From Octopus sinensis (lineage: Eukaryota), in contig NC_043011.1 in the NCBI RefSeq assembly GCF_006345805.1, forward strand, positions 6,820,001 through 6,884,000: DNA of 64,000 bases, in the 5' to 3' direction. Below are positions 13,069 to 26,165 of the stretch, in pieces; positions within the stretch are counted from its first letter, which is position 1; every line of letters begins with the position of its first letter. The notes beneath the pieces are model-generated. The model had not been told where the DNA came from. It ran no database searches and saw nothing but the letters and a program-made list of their open reading frames with translations. The position numbers and the translations under genes are program-made.

Positions 13069-13476
13069 GGCGCAGGAGTGGCTGTGTGGTAAGTAGCTTG
13101 CTAACCAACCACATGGTTCCGGGTTCAGTCCCACTGCGTGGCATCTTGGGCAAGTGTCTTCTGCTATAGGCCCGGGCCGACCAATGCCTTGTGAGTGGAT
13201 TTGGTAGACGGAAACTGATATATATGTATATATATGTATATGTGTGTGTGTGTTTGTGTGTCTGTGTTTGTCCCCCTAGCATTGCTTGACAACCGATGCT
13301 GGTGTGTTTACGTCCCCGTCACTTAGCGGTTCGGCAAAAAGAGACCGATAGAATAAGTACTGGGTTTACAAAGAATAAGTCCCGGGGTCAATTTGCTCGA
13401 TTAAAGGCGGTGCTCCAGCATGGCCGCAGTCAAATGACTGAAACAAGTAAAAGAGTAAAAGAGAGAGTAAAAGAGT
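13069..13476 (+). mobile_element. tRNA-like SINE, family A, full length
   Basis: Head GGCGCAGGAGTGGCTGTGTGGTAAG..GGTTCAGTCCC, internal (TA)/(TG) microsatellite, tail AAACAAGTAAAAGAG repeats. Many copies in the window. Confidence 0.9.
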
Positions 13477-13519
13477 ATTTAAAAATTGCCAAGCAACAGG
13501 TGCATTTAACATGTATTAA

Positions 13520-14060
13520 AAAAACGTTGAGTTCCTTTATCACGTCCATACCATATTTCGTTTGTAGTTCTTCCCTTGTCCGGTATATCTTTAATGTCTC
13601 TCTATGTCTCCCAATATTTCAAACCTTTGTTGCTTCACTTTTCCCATCTGTCCGTCTGAAAGCAGCATACCTATATTCCACCCTATTATATCCTGATAAC
13701 CATCTGTACTCACAAACTTTGCTGCCTTCTAACTCATTACCATCCGGATTAGCTTCGTGTTGTCCTTGTCCGTCATTATACACGCGTAGTTTACTTTTTG
13801 GGGAGCGGAATTTTTTGTGCTTTGTTGTGTCAGCGATTCTGAGAGAAATGGGTGGGTTCTGTGTCTGTAGGGAGAGGGTGGGTGTCAGAGGGTATGGGTG
13901 AGTGGGCAAGGTTTGGGTGTCCCACATTACACTTTTTCTCTTTTTTCCATCTGCTACTCTCCATTCTTCCTCTCTTTCCTCCTCTTCTCTTCCTAAGCCA
14001 AGCTAAGCTCTCTTTATCCTTCAATTTCCCCCCCTCTTCTCCCTACTGCAAACAAGAATA
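13520..14060 (-). mobile_element. C-terminal ORF1 fragment of the same LINE family as 7890-8849
   Basis: Minus strand encodes QTKYGMDVIK (compare EKYGIDVIK) and shares the CCCAAACCTT motif and the basic, purine-rich segment. Confidence 0.55.
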
Positions 14061-14377
14061 GAATCCCCCAACAAAAATTGCTAGAAACAGCAACCAACTC
14101 CCTTTCATACCACTCCTTGCCGCCTTAGAAAAACCATCAGATAATGTGGTCTTGATTTTCCATTGGAGTTCATAATCTACTGACGGAGTGGTCATGACTG
14201 GAATGCCTTTCATCCAAAGTCTACTTCATCGAACAGAACCAATAGTAGTAACTGTAACAACACATATCGATGTTTTCAAGGGATACAACTCCATCTTATC
14301 TTTTAATTTAATTATTACTTCCCTTCCTTAAGAATTCAGTTTTCACTTAAATAATAATGATGAAATTATTGTATACA

Positions 14378-14730
14378 GTGCTCAGGTGCACCACAACTTG
14401 TCAAAAGTGCGTATAAAGCATATGCAATAATGTACAAATGTCTGTGAAGTGAACAGTGTATGAGTCAGATACATGCTTGCGTGTGTATGGAGGAGAGAAA
14501 ATCAGGTGTAGTGTTGGCGAATCTCAGGAAGCATGGAAGTTTTGAAGGATGCAGTGCTCCGACAGCTAACAACTGATGCCGGCAGTTTGTTCCATGCTTC
14601 AGCAACTCTCAGCGTGAAAAAATGTTTCCTAAAGTCATGGGAGCTGTGCTGTTTTCTGACTTTGTAAACATGTCCACGGGTGTTAGACAGGTGGAGTTTG
14701 AAAAGGTGCTCAGAGTTATTGTTTGTAAGA
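14378..14730 (-). mobile_element. CR1/L2-type LINE 3' end
   Basis: Minus strand encodes NTRGHVYKVRKQHSSHDFRKHFFTLRVAEAWNKLPASVVSCRSTASFK, the typical CR1 ORF2 C-terminus (TRGH..K; FF..RV...WN.LP..VV). Confidence 0.8.
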
Positions 14731-15270
14731 TGGTTGATAATTTTAATTAATAATGTTTTACTTCACAATAAATTCCTGACATGAGATTGTGGATTATGTA
14801 CGTAGCTTTGGCTTTTAGCGGGTATTGAAACCTCGGTCAGTAGCAGACTATCAAATTCGCGATAAAGCGATGTTATTGATCTTTGTACTCAGCAGCGTTT
14901 ATTGAGATTTACTTCAACTTGGTAATTGATGCAAGATTGTTCAGGTGTTTTATTAAAGGTAGGTAAACTGTGGTCTGAGGGCGAACATCATTGATCTAAT
15001 AATACCTGTTATTGACAGCTAGGTGAAGTGATAAGTTAATAATGATTTGTGATCAAACCATATTGATTCGGGATCGATTCCTAATAGCTGAAAGAATCGA
15101 ATGCTAAAATGCGGTCTAATTCACGCTGATCTGGTACCTGTTACACACAACTTCAAGAACTAATGTAATTTTGAGATAAAACCATAATTTCTGGCCAAGC
15201 CAACCAACAAAATGCCTGTTGCTATTTTGAACTAAGTAATGATAGCAACAACAACAACAGCGACAGCAGT

Positions 15271-15650
15271 GGAGGCGCAATGGCTCAGTAGTTAGGGCAG
15301 CGAACTCGCGGTCAGAGGATCGCGGTTTCGATTCCCAGACCGGGCGTTGTGTGTGTTTATTGAGCGAAAACACCTAAAGCTCCACGAGGCTCCGGCAGGG
15401 GGTGGTGGCGACCCCTGTTGTACTCTTTCGCCCCAACTTTCTCTCATTCTTTCTTCCTGTTTCTTGACCCCGACTTCCTACGCAACCGCTGAGCCTGGAT
15501 GCGCATTCATCCATCCGTCATTGCTCTCGGTGTCGGGGGTTGACCTGCTCTCTCTTCTGCGGGTCTTACGAATAGCAAAGGACCACGTTTCGGACTTCTC
15601 CCACTACACTGGGACGAAGAGCGCTTCGCTAAACAAACAACAACAATAAC
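15271..15650 (+). mobile_element. tRNA(Arg)-like SINE, family C tail-2
   Basis: First ~190 nt match the copy at 10789. The 3' half is unrelated and ends in (AAC)n. Confidence 0.85.
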
Positions 15651-16040
15651 ATTGCATCGTATCCACGTTTTTCTACATTATCAGTGCCAGTGTCTCTCAA
15701 CCATTTTTTTTGCCTCTGGAAGCCTTTGATTCCTGTCTTACTTGGATGGACCCTCTTCGATATTCCGTGTTTAAAAAAAAGCTTGTAAGGAATTGCATAA
15801 AAAAATTGTGGAAATATTTTGTGTATCATAGAAGTATAACCAATTTATTGCAGATAAATTTAGAAAATAGAATCTTATGTGGATCCGTAAGGGCTATGTG
15901 AACCCATAAGGGTCATATGAACCCCAGTTGAGAACCCCTGGTCTCAACCGGGGAACCCCTGGTCTACGCCGTCATCACTGCCTTACAAACTAATTAACTA
16001 CTTAATGTAATAACATTATTGATTTAGTAGCGTCTGGTCG

Positions 16041-16295
16041 GTGGAGCACATGGCCTAGTGGTTAGGGCAGCGAAAACGCGGTCGAGTGATCACGAGTTCG
16101 AATCTCAGACCAAGCGATGTGTGCGTTTATGAGGAAACATCTACGCGCCTCCAGCAGAAGGTAATGGCAATCTTCTGCTGACTCATTCGCCACAACTTTC
16201 TTTCACTCTTTCCTCTTGCATATAGCAGCTCACCTGAGACGGACCGGCGTCCCGCCCAGGTAGGGGTCCTATACGCCAATGAAACCAGCCCTTAT
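16041..16295 (+). mobile_element. Older family C-related SINE
   Basis: Head GGAGCACATGGCCTAGTGGTTAGGGCAGCG..GAGTTCGAATC with a diverged body. Confidence 0.65.
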
Positions 16296-17032
16296 GCTGG
16301 TTTCTTTATAAATCTTATCTTTTTTCTTGGAATTGCTTGAACACATAAAACAGTGAAAGGAGAGAAATCAATGTCTGCTTTATCGATTACCTGGATATTG
16401 ATGAATCTTTATAGATACTCTCTAAACTTAGCTACTCTCTACAAAGCTACAGTAGTAGTCGGGAGTTTAGTCGTTCAAGCAGAATGACCATAATGAAGTT
16501 CTCATACCGCCCTTAGATGTGCATCCTTTAGGAACAGCTGCTCGCTAGAAAGCGAAAGGCGAACAGTGTGTGGAAGCGAAAAAATACTGAAGGCTGACGT
16601 TCTCTCAGAGTTCCTATTTATTCCTATGGGGATTAAGGTATATTCGTGAACAAAGCAATGTATATGTCTCACCTCTCATAACTTCCAACTGACCGAAGAA
16701 TTCTATCTCAAAAGAAAAGATCTCGTAGAAAAATCTAGAGTAAGGTTTCGTCTCTTGTCTATGAATCCTAGAAACAATTTCTTACACACACACACACACA
16801 TATGTATGTATGTGTGTGTCTGTGTGTATAAATATAAAAACAAGATAAACACAAGATGCAATTTTATCAAAGGTTTTTGTATGTATGTGAGCACGCTCGA
16901 TCCCTCATCAGTTATTCATCAAATATCATAATTTTGACACCCTATATATATATGAATCCAACGTTTCTTGTCAAAGTTTTTACCAAAAAAAAACCCCAAA
17001 AGAACAAAACAACGAAAACGTAACAAGTCCGC

Positions 17033-17105
17033 TGCCGAAACCCGGGATCGAACCAGGGACCTTTAGATCTTCAGTCTAACGCTCTCCCAACTGAGCTATT
17101 TCGGC
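17033..17105 (-). tRNA. tRNA-Phe (GAA), intact
   Basis: Reverse complement is GCCGAAATAGCTCAGTTGGGAGAGCGTTAGACTGAAGATCTAAAGGTCCCTGGTTCGATCCCGGGTTTCGGCA: 73 nt, perfect cloverleaf, canonical metazoan sequence. T4 run ~15 nt downstream (17015-17018). Confidence 0.98.
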
Positions 17106-17250
17106 TGCACAGTTTCCAAACGCCATTCTGATTACTTTTAATTACATAAACTTACAATTAATGGTGACTGGTTTGTTAGTTACTGTTGGTCGTTGTTTTA
17201 TAATTGCTTTACAACAGTTTGTCTGCCTCTCTCTCTCTTCATTTATCCCA

Positions 17251-17285
<35 letters not shown>

Positions 17286-17380
17286 TCCCCTCTCCTTTTC
17301 TCTCCTTAAAGCCAGAAAGTATTGAAGGTATCTTAGGAGACAGGATATTCGTGATCATAGGATAAGGCTTGGGTGGAGAC

Positions 17381-17771
17381 TTTTTTTTTTGGAAGCACTC
17401 CGTCGGTTACGACGACGAGGGTTCCGGTTGATCCGATCAACGGAACAGCCTGCTCGTGAAATTAACGTGTAAGTGGCTGAGCACTCCACAGACACGTGTA
17501 CCCTTAACGTAGTTCTCGGGGATATTCAGCGTGACACAGAGAGTGACAAGGCCGGCCCTTCAAAATACAGGTACAACAGAAACAGGAAGTAAGAGTGAGA
17601 GAAAATTGTGGTGAAAGAGTACAGCAGGGATCACCACCGTCCTCTGCCGGAGCCTCGTGGAGCTTTAGGTGTTTTCGCTCAATAAACACTCACAACGCCC
17701 GGTCTGGGAATCGAAACCGCAATCCTATGACCGCGAGTCCGCTGCCCTAACCACTGGGCCATTGCGCCTCC
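17381..17771 (-). mobile_element. Family C tail-1 SINE, full length with poly(A) and TSD
   Basis: Reverse complement of the 10789 copy, with a T10 run at 17381-17390. TSD GGGTGGAGA at 17371-17379 and 17774-17782. Confidence 0.9.
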
Positions 17772-18120
17772 ACGGGTGGAGATTAAGCAGGTAGCAAGCG
17801 ATAGCAGTGGATAGGCGGTTACAATGAATATACGGTGACTAGGATTTAAGGCGGGCCAGGGACTTGGGGCAACTATGGACAAATTAAAGAAAGTAGCGAT
17901 AGAGGACAACTTGGTGTTTATGGGAACAAGAAATAGAAAACGAACAGGTTTTTGAGAATAACCAGTGATTCTCTCTGATTTTTGGCACAAGGGTAGCAAC
18001 TTTGAGGGGAGAGGGAGTACCATGGACGCCAGGGCTTAACTTGTACTCATCTTATTAACCCAGAAAGTCCACCTTGGTTGTTTTTGTACTCGGAACGTTA
18101 AGAGCTGGAAGAAATGCTCT

Positions 18121-18521
18121 CTCTTTTACTTGTTTCAGTCATTTGACTGCGGCCATGCTGGAGCACCGCCTTTAGTCGAGCAAATCGACCCCGCGACTTA
18201 TTCTTTGTAAGCCCAGTACTTATTCTATCGGTATTTTTTGCCGAACCGCTAAGTGACGGGGACATAAACACACCACCATCGGTTGTCGAGCGATGTTGGA
18301 GGGACAAACACAGACACACAAACATACACACACATATATATATATATATACATATATACGACAGGCTTCTTTCAGTTTCCGTCTACCAAATCTACTCACA
18401 AGGCATTGGTCGGCCCGGGGCTATAGCAGAAGACACTTGCCCAAGATGCCACGCAGTGGGACTGAACCGAGAACCATGTGGTTGTTTAGCAAGCTACTTA
18501 CCACACAGCCACTCCTGCGCC
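18121..18521 (-). mobile_element. Family A SINE, full length
   Basis: Reverse complement of the 13069 copy. Confidence 0.9.
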
Positions 18522-18564
18522 TGCTGCTGAACATTTTATCCAATGCAGTAACAATTCTGCCAGC

Positions 18565-19045
18565 TCGTTTTTTTATTGCCCACAAGGGGCCAAACACAGA
18601 GGGGACAAACAAGGACAGACCAAGGGATTAATCGATTACATCGATCCCAGTGCGTAACTGGTACTTAAATTATTTTAAGGCGGCGAGCTGGCAGAATCGT
18701 TAGCATGCCGGGCGAAATGCTTAGCGGTATTTCGTCTGCGTTACGTTCTGAGTTCAAATTCCGCCGAGGTCGACTTTGCCTTTCATCCTTTCGGGGTCGA
18801 TAAATTAAGTACCAGTTACGCACTGGGGTCGATGTAATCGACTTAATACCTATGTCTGTCCTTGTTTGTCCCCTCTGCGTATAGCCCCTTGTGGGTAATA
18901 AAGAAATAGGTACTTAAATTATCGACCCCGAAAGGATGAAAGGCAAAGTCGACCTCGGCTGAATTTGAACTCAAAACGTAAAGACAGACGAAATACTGCT
19001 AGACATTTCGCCCGGCGTGCTAACGATTCTGCCAGCTCGCCACCT
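18565..19045. mobile_element. Nested family B SINEs: plus-strand copy (18679-18908) inside a minus-strand copy
   Basis: 13-bp TSD GGTACTTAAATTA at 18660-18672 and 18909-18921. Removing the insert restores the minus-strand copy. Confidence 0.9.
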
Positions 19046-19181
19046 CCGAGTAACCAACAACGTAAGTGGGCCAGGAATGGAGTGTGACTACGAGGAGATT
19101 TAGAACAGCAGTCCATATGATCCTCGTGGTGGGTGGCCAGGTAAAATTTTGTTAAAATTTATCTGCTATAAATTGATTATA

Positions 19182-19827
19182 CTTTTCCTTTTGAACGGCA
19201 GATGTCAACACAATTTCTAGTCAACTAAACACTTTTAAACTTCGTATACTGGTAGAATGTGTTTATAAAACATCATTTTCTCTTGGTTTTATTGAGAAAA
19301 TTATATAGTTTGTAAGATATTTCGTCTAAAAATCCGAGCATTTCGGTTATTTTAACCAATCGATTACCTCCATTCAACTAAAATCATTTGCTGCGTCTAA
19401 AACTGAGACAACATCCTGTAACTAACCCTAAACCTCTTCCTAACCCTAACTCTAATTTTTTTTTCTTAATTGTTAAATTAATTTAATTCCATTGCTTTAG
19501 TTTTTTTTTACACGCGTAACAATTAAATTAATTTAACAATTAAGAAAAAAAAATTTAGGGTTAGGGTTAGGGTTATGGGGGGAGGTTTAGGGGTTAGTTA
19601 GTGGATGTTGTCTCAGTTTTAGACGCAGCAAATGATTTTAGCTCAAAAGAGAGCATAGGATTGGTTAAAATTCGAAAAATTAAACTACGTTAAACAAGCA
19701 AATTACAATTTTCTCAAGAAAGCCAAGAGAAAAAAAAATGTTTTATTTTGACACATTCTACCAGTATACGAAGTTTTAAAGTGTTTAGTCAACTAGAAAT
19801 TGTCTGCCGTTCAAAAGGAAAAGATTC
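19182..19827. mobile_element. Foldback element, same outer arms as 7031 and 57117, different inner arms
   Basis: CTTTTCCTTTTGAACGGCAG...CTGCCGTTCAAAAGGAAAAG. Palindromic throughout; inner arms carry TAACCC/TTAGGG runs. Confidence 0.8.
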
Positions 19828-20329
19828 TATACTTGTGTAATACACAAAATATTTTAATGTTGTTTTATACAATTCCTAATAATATTTAATAATAGAAAAT
19901 AGAACAGGGTTTTTTTAGACACCAAATGGCAATGAGGGTCGCCCTGAGTAGAATAGGAATTAAGAGTCCATAGGCAAAAAAAAAAAAAAATTATCGAAAA
20001 CCACTGATTTAGAGAGTAGCTTGGTTTAGAGAGTATTTACTGAGGCCATCCATAACCATATTTTTTACGGTTTTTTGACTGCTTTGTCGCCATTTTTCGG
20101 TGTATTTCAACCAGGAAAATGTTCACTTAAAGAGAATAACAAGCTACATAATGCAAAATTTTTACTTTTCAAAATTCCAATTCTAAAAGGTCGAAACAAA
20201 CCTGAGGAACGCCGGGCGATAATTCTAGTATACTATAATCGCTTGAATCAATTTCGGTTTTCCACCCAAATTAATTAGCGCCTGTCTTTCTTAAGTTACT
20301 TCTCTTCACATAGTGCGTTTCAAATTATA

Positions 20330-20529
20330 CAGTAATCCCTCGACTATCGCGGTGTTGCGTTCCAAAACTCCTCGCGATAAGTGAAAATCCGCGAAGTAAA
20401 AAGAAGTACTGTATATTTTTTTTATGTTTATAATTTGTAAATATTTATTTTATCATAAATGCAAAACACCACCACGGAGGAATCAAGGTAAGTTTAAATA
20501 ATAAACCGCGATATGGTGAAGGATTGCTG
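20330..20529. mobile_element. Tigger/pogo-like MITE
   Basis: TA|CAGTAATCCCTCG ... GAAGGATTGCTG|TA, 200 bp. A related left end sits at ~50692. Confidence 0.7.
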
Positions 20530-20622
20530 TATTTCAACTTTACTTTTCACCCCTTCAGGAGATTAAATGCGTGTCCCTTCCATATTGTATTTTAACCATT
20601 CAGTTATAATCTTGTTTTATAG

Positions 20623-20788
20623 AGGAGTGGCTGTGTGGTAAGTAGCTTGCTAACCAACCACATGGTTCCAGGTTCAGTCCCACTGCGTGGCATCTTGGGC
20701 AAGTGTCTTCTACTATAGCCTCGGGCCGACCAAAGCCTTGTGAGTGGATTTGGTAGACGGAAACTGAAAGAAGCCAGTCGTATATATG

Positions 20789-20835
<47 letters not shown>

Positions 20836-21012
20836 TTGTGTGTCTGTGTTTGTCCCCCTAGCATTGCTTGACAACCGATGCTGGTGTGTTTACGTCGGTC
20901 AGCAGTTCGGCAAAAGAGACCGATAGAATAAGTACTGGGCTTACAAAGAATAAGTACCGGGGTCGATTTGCTCGACTAAAGGCGGTGCTCCAGCATGGCC
21001 GCAGTCAAATGA
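20623..21012 (+). mobile_element. Family A SINE
   Basis: High identity to the 13069 copy. Confidence 0.9.
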
Positions 21013-22011
21013 AGTCAGTCACCAAAAAGACAGAATTGTCTGCAAATACACGAGATTGCTGAGTTACCTCCCCTCAAGCAACATCCAACCCTCGCCTCTC
21101 CAATGACGGTTGAAATTTCATTTGTTGTTGTTGTTGTATTAATCTTTGGACTGCGGCCATGCTGGGGTACCGCTTTGAGGAATTTCTAGGCGAACGAATC
21201 AGCTCCGGTACTTTATTGAAAGCCTGCTACTTAATGTATCCGTCGTTTTTTGCCGAACCGCTAAGTTACAGGGAGGGACACGAACCAACACTGATTGTCG
21301 ATAGGGAGGGACAAACACATACACAAAGACACACGTACACACACGCGCATACACATACATACATGCATGCATGCATACATACACACATACATACATACAT
21401 ACACACTCATACACATACATACACACATACATGAATACATACATACATACATACATACATACATACATACATACATACATGCACACATACATGCAAACAT
21501 ACGCGCACGCATACATGCATAGATACTTGCATGCATGAATGTATGCATGCATGCATACTTTCATTCATGCATAGATGCATGCATACATAACTACATGCAT
21601 ACATACATACGACATGCTTCTTACAGTTTCTGTTGACTGAATCCGCCACAAGGTTTTAGTTGGCCTGGGCTTATCTATCTCCCATCCATCGGGTCCCCTG
21701 TTTGCAGAAAGTGGAATGGCCTGTAGATATACAGGTTAACTGCGAATACTCAATAAACAGTCGGACGGGTTGCCCTTTGGCAAGGCACAGCACTTGTTCG
21801 CCGCCCTGTCAGGATCACAACAAAGTCCTGAAATCCTGAAAAGAGCGGAAATGCCAGCATCATTGGAAAAGAGGATGGTAGTAAGAAATGGAATGCAATG
21901 CATAAAAATACTTTGGATTCGGATTTCTTTCCGCTTCACTGAACAAATTATGCTTTTATGAACCTTGGTCTGGGAAACCGCCAGTTCGTCTGGCGCTGCA
22001 ATCGTCTATAG

Positions 22012-22212
22012 CAGTGGTTTTCAACCAGGGTTCCGCCAGTACAGTCCAGGGGTTCCGCAAGAAGTTACAAAACTGCTAAAATCGGCAGTAATTTTTAATT
22101 TTCCTATGCAGATATGTGTGCATAAGACTATTAAATTATTGCACAGGGGTTCCCCGAGCCAGTGGAATGTTTCCTTGGGGTTCCACTCCAGCAAAAAGTT
22201 TGAAAAGCACTG
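22012..22212. mobile_element. hAT (Charlie-like) MITE
   Basis: TIR CAGTGGTTTTCAA / TTTGAAAAGCACTG; 8-bp TSD GTCTATAG at 22004-22011 and 22213-22220. Confidence 0.9.
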
Positions 22213-22519
22213 GTCTATAGGACCTGCAGCCTTAGACGAAAAATTAGCAATCGAAAGGCAAGACTGGTTATGTCGTGTTGACGATTGCAAACAAGAATGA
22301 AATAATGCTAAATTTGGCTAGCAGAGACTAAAATCTTTATAATGTGGGAAAAAATAAGAAAAAAATGTAAATGAGTGTATTCCGGACATCTTCTGTTACA
22401 CACTTTGATGTAAATTCCAGATTTTCAAATCTGCCTCAACCTAAGCTAGAAGAAGTTGTCTCCCCTTTATTGGTTGCCAACTTTGTGTTCACCACATGAA
22501 AATTGTTTTCAAATCTTAA

Positions 22520-23087
22520 TACAAGACCAGCAATTTCAGGGATGTGGGTAAGTCGACTACATCGACCCCAGTATTTGACTGGTACTTATTTGATCAACCT
22601 TGAAAGAATGAAAGGCAAATTTGACCTCGGTGGAATATGAACTCAGAACTTAGCAGCAGACGAAATACCAATTTCTTTACTACCCACAAGGGGCTAAACA
22701 CAGAGAGGACAAACAAGGACAAACAAACGGATTAAGTCGATTATATCGACCCCAGTGCGTAACTTGTACTTAATTTATAGACCCCGAAAGGATGACAGGC
22801 AAAGTCGACCTCAGCGGAATTTGAACTCAGAACGTAGCGGCAGACGAAATACCGATGTCTTTACTACCCACAAGGGGCTACACACAGACAGAACAAACAA
22901 GGACAGACAAACAGATTAAGTCGATTATATCGACCCCAGTTCGTAACTGGTACTTAATTTATCGACTCCGAAAGGATGAAAGGCAAAGTCGACCTCGGCG
23001 GAATTTGAACTCAGAACGTAACGGCAGACGAAATACCGCTAAGCATTCTGTCTGACGTGCTAACGATTCTGCCAGCTCACCACCATG

Positions 23088-23095
<8 letters not shown>
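22520..23095 (-). mobile_element. Head-to-tail array of three family B SINE bodies
   Basis: One head, two [body+tail-1] units and a final [body+tail-2] unit, with ~180 bp periodicity. Confidence 0.85.
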
Positions 23096-23138
<43 letters not shown>

Positions 23139-23139
23139 T

Positions 23140-23698
23140 AAAAATGCCCTGATGCAGTACCAGGCAGTGGCTCTCATGGCTTCTGATCTTAACTGATTGG
23201 AAGTGTTATCATGTACATTGTTTTTGTCTTGGTATAAAAGATGGGCTACCAAATATTCTGCTCAATACCACAGATTTGCTTGTCAGTTGTTTGACCTTAA
23301 CCAGTTGAGCATGTCCCTTAGTGCTGACGATATGTGCATCTCTGATCACGAGCAGAAGTAGTGGGGGAGCATCATAGCCATGTGTTGAGAGGGATTCTTT
23401 GGGGTTTGAATAATTCACCTCTGGAAACATGGGTGTTCGTTCAACGTCCTTAAACAACCCTTATTCAGGGACCTTTTGAGGCGGGATGGGTTACTCGATC
23501 TGAAGAAAATTCTAACTGGGCTCCCCTGCAAGGTCATGTGCTGTTTATCTTGATATGAGATCACCATGTCGCGCACATATGGTTGTGATGCATGTGCCTG
23601 GTGTACCCTTATCAGACGGGTAGTCATGATGGGTATACTGGGCTTCGTATATTTTACCCCAGTGTCACTTTGATGGCATGCTCTGCTCGCTCACTCAA
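23140..23698 (+). mobile_element. Family D non-coding retroposon embedded in (AAT)n
   Basis: About 560 bp ending CTCACTCAATGATAATAAT. 5'-truncated copies with the same 3' end at ~38565-38730 (-), 45390-45785 (+) and 53425-53905 (+). Confidence 0.75.
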
Positions 23699-24208
23699 TG
23701 ATAATAATGATAATAATAATAATAAATAAATAAATAATTCTTTCTACTATAATCACAAGAGCTGAAATTTGTGGCGAGGGGACTTGTCGATTACATCGAC
23801 TCCCGTGTTAAAAGGTAAAGTCGACTTGGGCGAAATTTGAACTCAGAACGTACGGACGGACGAAACGCAGCTAAGTATTTCGCTGAGCCAGTTAACGATT
23901 CTGTCAGCTCGCCGCAGCACACCACGTGAACATTGATCAGATTTATTGTAAAACTTAAATATGTATCAGAACAGGTTTTCTGCTTTGGTCTTTGAAGGAG
24001 CATTTGAAAGACGTCGTTTATCCTGGCCGCAACATAAGACCTGTATCTAGTGACGAGGCTCCAGCTTGGGCATTTGTTTAGGTATTTGAAGAAGCATGGA
24101 GTCACTCCTTCGTCGCCATTTATGAACTAAATTGCAGGAAATCGTCTGGTAACTAAAGCATGCACTCAAAACTTACAGGAAAGCTGGTTACTAAATATAG
24201 GTTTGATA

Positions 24209-24800
24209 GGACTTCGCCGAGCTGGCAGAATCGTTCGCGTACCGAGCAAAAAGTTTAGCGGCATTTCGTCCGTCTTCAACACTCTGAGTTCAAATTCCGC
24301 CGAGGTCGACTTTGCCTTTCGTCCTTTCGGGGTCGATTAAATAAGTACCAGTCAAATACTGGGGTCGATATAATCGACTTAATCCGTTTGTCTGTCCTTG
24401 TTTGTCCTCTCTGTGTTTAGCCCCTTGTGGGTAGTAAAGAAATAAGTATTTCGTCTGTCTTCAACGCTCTGAGTTCAAATTCCGCCGAGGTCGACTTTGC
24501 CTTTCGTCCTTTCGGGGTCGATTAAATACGTACCAGTCAAATACTGGGGTCGATATAATCGACTTAATCCGTTTGTCTGTCCTTGTTTGTCCTCTCTGTG
24601 TTTAGCCCCTTGTGGATAGTAAAGAAATAGATATTTCGTCTGTTTTCAACGCTCTGAGTTCAAATTCCGCCGACGGCGACTTTGCCTTTTATCGTTTTGG
24701 AGTCGATAAATTAAGTACCAACTGATCACTGGGATCGATACAATCGACTAGTCCCCTCCCCAGAAATCCCAGGTTTTGCGCCTATAGTAGAATGAATTAT
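24209..24800 (+). mobile_element. Head-to-tail array of three family B SINE bodies
   Basis: Near-identical ~180 bp units with junctions at ~24445 and ~24625; the last unit has tail-2. Confidence 0.85.
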
Positions 24801-25052
24801 TATCATCATTATTATTAAGGCGCTGAGCTGGCAGAATCGTCAGCACGTTGGGCAAAATACCTAGCGGCATTTCGTCTGTCTTCAAGTTCTGAGTTCAAAT
24901 TCCGCCAAGGTCGACTTCGCCTTTCATATTTTCGGGGTCGATGAAATAAGTACCAGTTACATACTGGTACTTATGTAATCAACTAGCCCCCTTCCGCAAA
25001 AAAATTTTAAAGGCTTTGTGCCTATTATTATATTTTATTATTATTATTATTC

Positions 25053-25617
25053 TATGTTTGACTTTTGCTTTATATTTGTACAGTTGGCTCCAAGTCTCAC
25101 CCAGAGACCTCAAGAGACAACAGGGTTGGAAGTTCATGTTGTTGTTATGCCTAGTGTGCCATATATTGGGGGTGGGATGTTGTACTAATGAATGTCTAAA
25201 AAAAAAAAGTTTTTTTTTTTTTTTTTTTTTTTTAAACCGAAAATTATGGTTGTTTTAACCTTGAGGTTACATAGAAAGTATTTTGCGTAGGATATGAGCA
25301 GTTCCCATGAGCACTATCTTTTGAACTTCCTGCCATTTTTGGGTTTCCTGGTATCTGAGTTAGGTAGCTATCAGCCCCTTTTGCTATCATTCCCAGGGGC
25401 CTATGACAACAGTATTGTTTTAGTCTTCATCTTCCACATTTTGCTGATTTCTATTTCAAGATCTTTATATTTGCTCAGTTTTGGTAGGTCTTGACAGATA
25501 AGTTTATATCGATTGGGACAGTCATATCAATGAGGAGGCATGTTTTTGTTTGAAGTCCTTTCAACATGATGTCTGGCCTATTTGCATCTATCTTCCTGTC
25601 AGTTTGAATGGTGAAGT
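25053..25617 (-). mobile_element. R4/Dong-like LINE 3' fragment (restriction-like endonuclease domain)
   Basis: Minus strand encodes FTIQTDRKIDANRPDIMLK..TCLLIDMTVPID and QKIVLMGTAHILRKILSM*. Flanked on both sides by (ATT)n. Confidence 0.8.
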
Positions 25618-25640
25618 TATTATTATTATTATTATTATTA

Positions 25641-25689
<49 letters not shown>

Positions 25690-26092
25690 TATTAAGTCAG
25701 CGTACTGGCGTAGCCTTTAGAATGTCTTCGTGAGATTTTTTGTCTTGAGTCCTTTTGGGGGTTGATAAAAAAAGGTGCCAGTGATGTACTGGGGTCGGTG
25801 GTTTTGACTGTCAAAATTTGAAGCGTTTATTATTATAATTCATTTTACATAAAAATTATAATTTTGACACAAGGCCAGCAACTTTAGGGATGCATGTCTA
25901 GTTGACGGGTACTTTATTTTATTGGCTATGAAAGGCAAAGCCCACAGCAGAATTTGATCTCAGAACATAAGGAACTGCAAGAAATATTGCTAAGCATTTT
26001 GTCTGGCGCGTTAACGATTCTTTCCAGCTTAGGAATTAATTGGTGTGTTCAGGAGCAGGCCATAAAAAAAAGCGCTACATAATTCTATCGGA

Positions 26093-26165
26093 AGCCCCCA
26101 GTGAGGATCGAACTCACGACCCCTGGTTTACAAGACCAGTGCTCTAACCACTGAGCTATGGAGGC
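26093..26165 (-). tRNA. tRNA-Thr (TGT), intact
   Basis: Reverse complement is GCCTCCATAGCTCAGTGGTTAGAGCACTGGTCTTGTAAACCAGGGGTCGTGAGTTCGATCCTCACTGGGGGCT: 73-nt cloverleaf. T8 terminator at ~26064-26071. Confidence 0.97.

Noticed and set aside
13296-13901. 201-aa ORF
   Set aside because: Starts in a family A SINE and continues antisense through a LINE ORF1 relic.
19555-19580. TTAGGG runs as an interstitial telomere
   Set aside because: Only ~3 units, and they are part of the foldback element arms.
21680-22310. Unique, CpG-containing block as a possible coding exon
   Set aside because: After removing the hAT MITE, no frame I translated gave a recognisable protein, and the frames contain stops.
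23940-24170. LLWSLKEHLKDVVY resembling a Tc1 motif or a host exon
   Set aside because: Too short, with no supporting DDE motifs or TIRs.
22520-24800. Regular ~180-bp repeats as a CRISPR-like array
   Set aside because: Units are whole SINE bodies with no unique spacers, and the context is eukaryotic.
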